From Patescibacteria group bacterium (lineage in GTDB: Bacteria > Patescibacteriota > Patescibacteriia > UBA1558 > GWA2-36-10): a stretch of 64,000 nt of DNA. The notes below the pieces were generated by a model. That model was not told the origin of the DNA. It searched no databases and worked only from the letters and a program-made list of their open reading frames with translations. A program made the translations under genes and the position numbers. Location: the NCBI GenBank assembly GCA_041662585.1, contig JBAZSG010000002.1, positions 13,588 to 77,587 on the forward strand, in the 5' to 3' direction. Shown here piece by piece: positions 61,612-64,000 of this stretch. Positions within the stretch are counted from its first letter, which is position 1, and each line of letters opens with the position of its first letter.

Positions 61612-62253
61612 ATGTCCAGACAAAAATTAAAAAAATTTGCTGAGCTTGATAAATTTGCTAATGTCGCTCAATTTAATCGGCCTGATATAAAAAATAAACT
61701 AAATGATTTTTTACTTGGAAAGCACCAAATTATTTTGGAATTGGGCTGTGGCAGAGGTGAATATTCATTGGCTTTGGCCAAAAAAGAAAAAACAGCAAAA
61801 ATTGTCAGCATAGATATTCAAGGCGAAAGACTGTGGGCCGGAGCTAGACAAGCTCAAATAGAAAAACTAGACAATATATTATTTCTAAGAATTCAAATTG
61901 AAGATTTGCTAGAATACTTCTTCCCAAAATCTATTACTGAAATTTGGATTACTTTTCCTGATCCATATCCACGCGACAAACAAATAAAAAAAAGACTTAC
62001 CTCGCCTAGATTTTTAGATGTTTATAAAAAGATATTAATAAACAATGCTGTCCTTCATCTTAAAACCGATGACTTGAATTTGTTTGATTATTCTATAGAA
62101 AGCATAATAAATCATAAAGGCAAAATAATAAAAAAAATAAAAAATATATATAAAGCTAAAAATATTCCCAAAATACTAAAAATTAAAACCGAGTTTGAAA
62201 AAAAACATTTAAAAGCTGGAAAAACTATTAACTACCTAAAATTTAGTCTGTAA
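61612..62253 (+). CDS. trmB: tRNA (guanine-N7)-methyltransferase
   Basis: ILELGCGRGEYSLALAKKEKTAKIVSIDIQGERL...ITFPDPYP. Confidence 0.8.
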   Translation: MSRQKLKKFAELDKFANVAQFNRPDIKNKLNDFLLGKHQIILELGCGRGEYSLALAKKEKTAKIVSIDIQGERLWAGARQAQIEKLDNILFLRIQIEDLLEYFFPKSITEIWITFPDPYPRDKQIKKRLTSPRFLDVYKKILINNAVLHLKTDDLNLFDYSIESIINHKGKIIKKIKNIYKAKNIPKILKIKTEFEKKHLKAGKTINYLKFSL

Positions 62254-62263
62254 TACCAATATA

Positions 62264-62292
62264 TTGACATTTTGTATAAAATATAGTATAAT
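62264..62292 (+). promoter_or_regulatory. Consensus sigma70 promoter (TTGACA-17-TATAAT) for the 62324 gene
   Basis: Exact -35 and -10 hexamers with a 17-nt spacer, about 30 nt before the ATG. Confidence 0.6.
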
Positions 62293-62323
62293 ACTATATT
62301 AAGTTAATATATAAGCTTAATTT

Positions 62324-63742
62324 ATGAAAAATTGGCTAAAAACAATACTAATTACCATTTTATTATTAAATTCATTTGCTTATGGATTTGAGGCCTCTGC
62401 CCAAATCTCTATTTATAATATCCAAATAGAAAATATTAAAGATTCTAATGCCATTTTAAAATGGCGTACCAATGAAGATGTTAAGAGTGAAATTCGCTAT
62501 GGCTTGGATGCTAAAAATCTAGATACAAAATGGTCAAATAATGTATATAAAAAAAGCCATGAAGCAAGTCTTTATGGTTTAGAAGAGGATAAGGATTATT
62601 TTTATCAAATAACTCTATATTCTAGAAGTGGGGAAAAATTAGAACTGTATCCCCGATCTTTTTCAACGGATAATATGGAAGACACTAGAGCTCCTAATTT
62701 TATAGATACTAAAGTTGTCCAAACAGTGGGTAATACTGTTGCTATTGCTTGGGAAGCAAACGAAAAAGTATATTCTGAAATTCAGTATTATAAAGAAGGT
62801 TACGGTGATAATAGAAGTACCAAAAAAGTCAGTGGCTACAAAACTTATAATCAGTATTTTATATATGATCTAAGTCCAAATTCTCAATACTATATAAAAA
62901 TAACCATAAGAGATAAAGCTGGAAATAAAAAAAGTGATACTGTCAGTGTAAATACTGCTAATAAATTTGATAAAAATATTGCACTTGAACTAAGAAATAT
63001 AGAGCCATTGGCTTTTAATACTAGTCTTGTCTCTAATAATCAAGCCATTATTAAATTTCAATCCAACCTAGCAGCTAAAGCTTATATAAAATATGGTCTA
63101 GCTCCCAATAAATTAAATAAAAAAATTTATATCAATGATCAAAAATTAAGTACCAATTATCAAGTGACGATTGATGGTCTAGAAGCAAATACTATTTATT
63201 ATTATAATATTTATGTAGATGGCGCTGTCTATAATAAAAAAACCAGTGTCGAAGGATTGAGTTTTGTGACCAAAGCCTCTGTCTTGGGTGTCAAAGAATC
63301 AGCCGAAAACTTGGATAGTGATTATGATCAACTTAGCAATGCTTTGGAAATGACCTTGGGTACAAATCCATATAATGCTGACAGTGACAACGATGGTTAC
63401 CGTGATGGTATTGAGGTGATGAATGGTTATAATCCACTAGGTTTTGGTAAGTGGTATAAGAAAATAGATTTTTTCTATGGCAAACCTCGTCTAGATTTAG
63501 AATACGAACAAAACAAAGCCACTGAATTGAAAAAAGCTATTAGCAAAAAATTGCCTTATGTTTATATAAACGCCAATACTTGGAACATGCTAGTAAACGC
63601 CTATGTTTATGGCAATTACCCCATAGATGCTATTATAATGTATGTCAAATTAGATGGAAAAACAGTACATCCTGACATAGCTTGGAATACTTGGAAAGAT
63701 AATCCTGATTATACAAAATATGCCAAATATATAAAAAATTAA
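62324..63742 (+). CDS. Secreted protein with fibronectin-III-like repeats and a thrombospondin-type-3/dockerin-like Ca-binding motif
   Basis: Signal peptide. Three repeats of about 100 aa each (..W.T.E...S.I.YG....L...), then DSDYDQ...NADSDNDGYRDGIEV. Confidence 0.5.
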   Translation: MKNWLKTILITILLLNSFAYGFEASAQISIYNIQIENIKDSNAILKWRTNEDVKSEIRYGLDAKNLDTKWSNNVYKKSHEASLYGLEEDKDYFYQITLYSRSGEKLELYPRSFSTDNMEDTRAPNFIDTKVVQTVGNTVAIAWEANEKVYSEIQYYKEGYGDNRSTKKVSGYKTYNQYFIYDLSPNSQYYIKITIRDKAGNKKSDTVSVNTANKFDKNIALELRNIEPLAFNTSLVSNNQAIIKFQSNLAAKAYIKYGLAPNKLNKKIYINDQKLSTNYQVTIDGLEANTIYYYNIYVDGAVYNKKTSVEGLSFVTKASVLGVKESAENLDSDYDQLSNALEMTLGTNPYNADSDNDGYRDGIEVMNGYNPLGFGKWYKKIDFFYGKPRLDLEYEQNKATELKKAISKKLPYVYINANTWNMLVNAYVYGNYPIDAIIMYVKLDGKTVHPDIAWNTWKDNPDYTKYAKYIKN

Positions 63743-63775
63743 AAACACCCTGAGCGAAGTCGAAGGGTGTTTTTT
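63741..63775. terminator. Bidirectional rho-independent terminator
   Basis: aaaa-acaccc-tgagcgaagtcgaa-gggtgt-ttttt. The stem and loop are similar to the terminator at 53895. Confidence 0.8.
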
Positions 63776-63777
63776 GG

Positions 63778-64000
63778 TTTAGACAAAAGTAAGCCATTCA
63801 TATTTAAATAAAAGCAAAAGCCCTATAATAAACATCAAAATTCCACCAACCAGAGAAGAATAACGACTATATTTTGTACCAAAACCAGTCAATTGTAGAG
63901 TAATCATAGCTGTAAAAAACACCAATAAATCATCCAACATAAAAAAGAAAATATATAATAAAATATAACTATAATATTGCCAAGTGTTTAAATCATTTAA
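63778..64000 (-). CDS. 3' end of a minus-strand membrane-protein gene (partial; continues beyond the window)
   Basis: The minus-strand frame is open to the window edge and ends in the hydrophobic sequence ...MLDDLLVFFTAMITLQLTGFGTKYSRYSSLVGGILMFIIGLLLLFKYEWLTFV*. Confidence 0.3.

Overview
This 64-kb window has low GC (about one third by eye) and is dominated by housekeeping and tRNA-modification genes. Those recognised: ppsA, groES-groEL with an upstream CIRCE operator, uvrA, secG, rnj, trpS, murI, glyA-folD, a uvrD-like helicase, ychF, queA-queH, ruvB, gyrA, rpsA, ftsH, pilB, valS, tsaE-tsaD, trmB and an Elp3 homolog. The gene set, the GroEL C-terminal GGM tail, the bacterial Elp3 and the many short hypothetical membrane proteins fit a reduced-genome CPR/Patescibacteria-like bacterium, but that is inference. 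There is one tRNA (Ser-GGA, minus strand) at the left edge and no CRISPR array. Against this backbone several accessory signals stand out. (1) A 5'-truncated large serine recombinase whose stop overlaps the tRNA-Ser 3' end, followed by a small GIY-YIG gene bracketed by 56-bp direct repeats that share 14 nt with the tRNA 5' end. (2) Two short islets of about 50% GC: an excisionase-like HTH protein at 28463-28957 and a lipoprotein at 31130-31520. (3) A two-gene module (36259-38798) of unknown function whose second protein ends in a PEP-utilizing phosphohistidine swivel domain, preceded by a 470-bp noncoding region with a strong terminator, an inverted repeat and a possible sRNA. (4) Most striking, at about 48.8-54.3 kb, an array in which near-identical boundary sequences (a terminator plus gene 3' end, a consensus promoter plus gene 5' end, and a 35-bp tail) frame unrelated cargo. 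The cargo is mosaic membrane-protein paralogs on the minus strand and, on the plus strand, an RsbW-like GHKL ATPase in one unit and a P-loop kinase in the other, each followed by a small membrane protein. An ImmA/IrrE-like HExxH peptidase and a bPH_2 membrane protein sit at the left end of this array. (5) Three families of GC-rich hairpins recur at scattered intergenic sites. Divergently from the bacterial Elp3 sits a clear Trm9-like methyltransferase.
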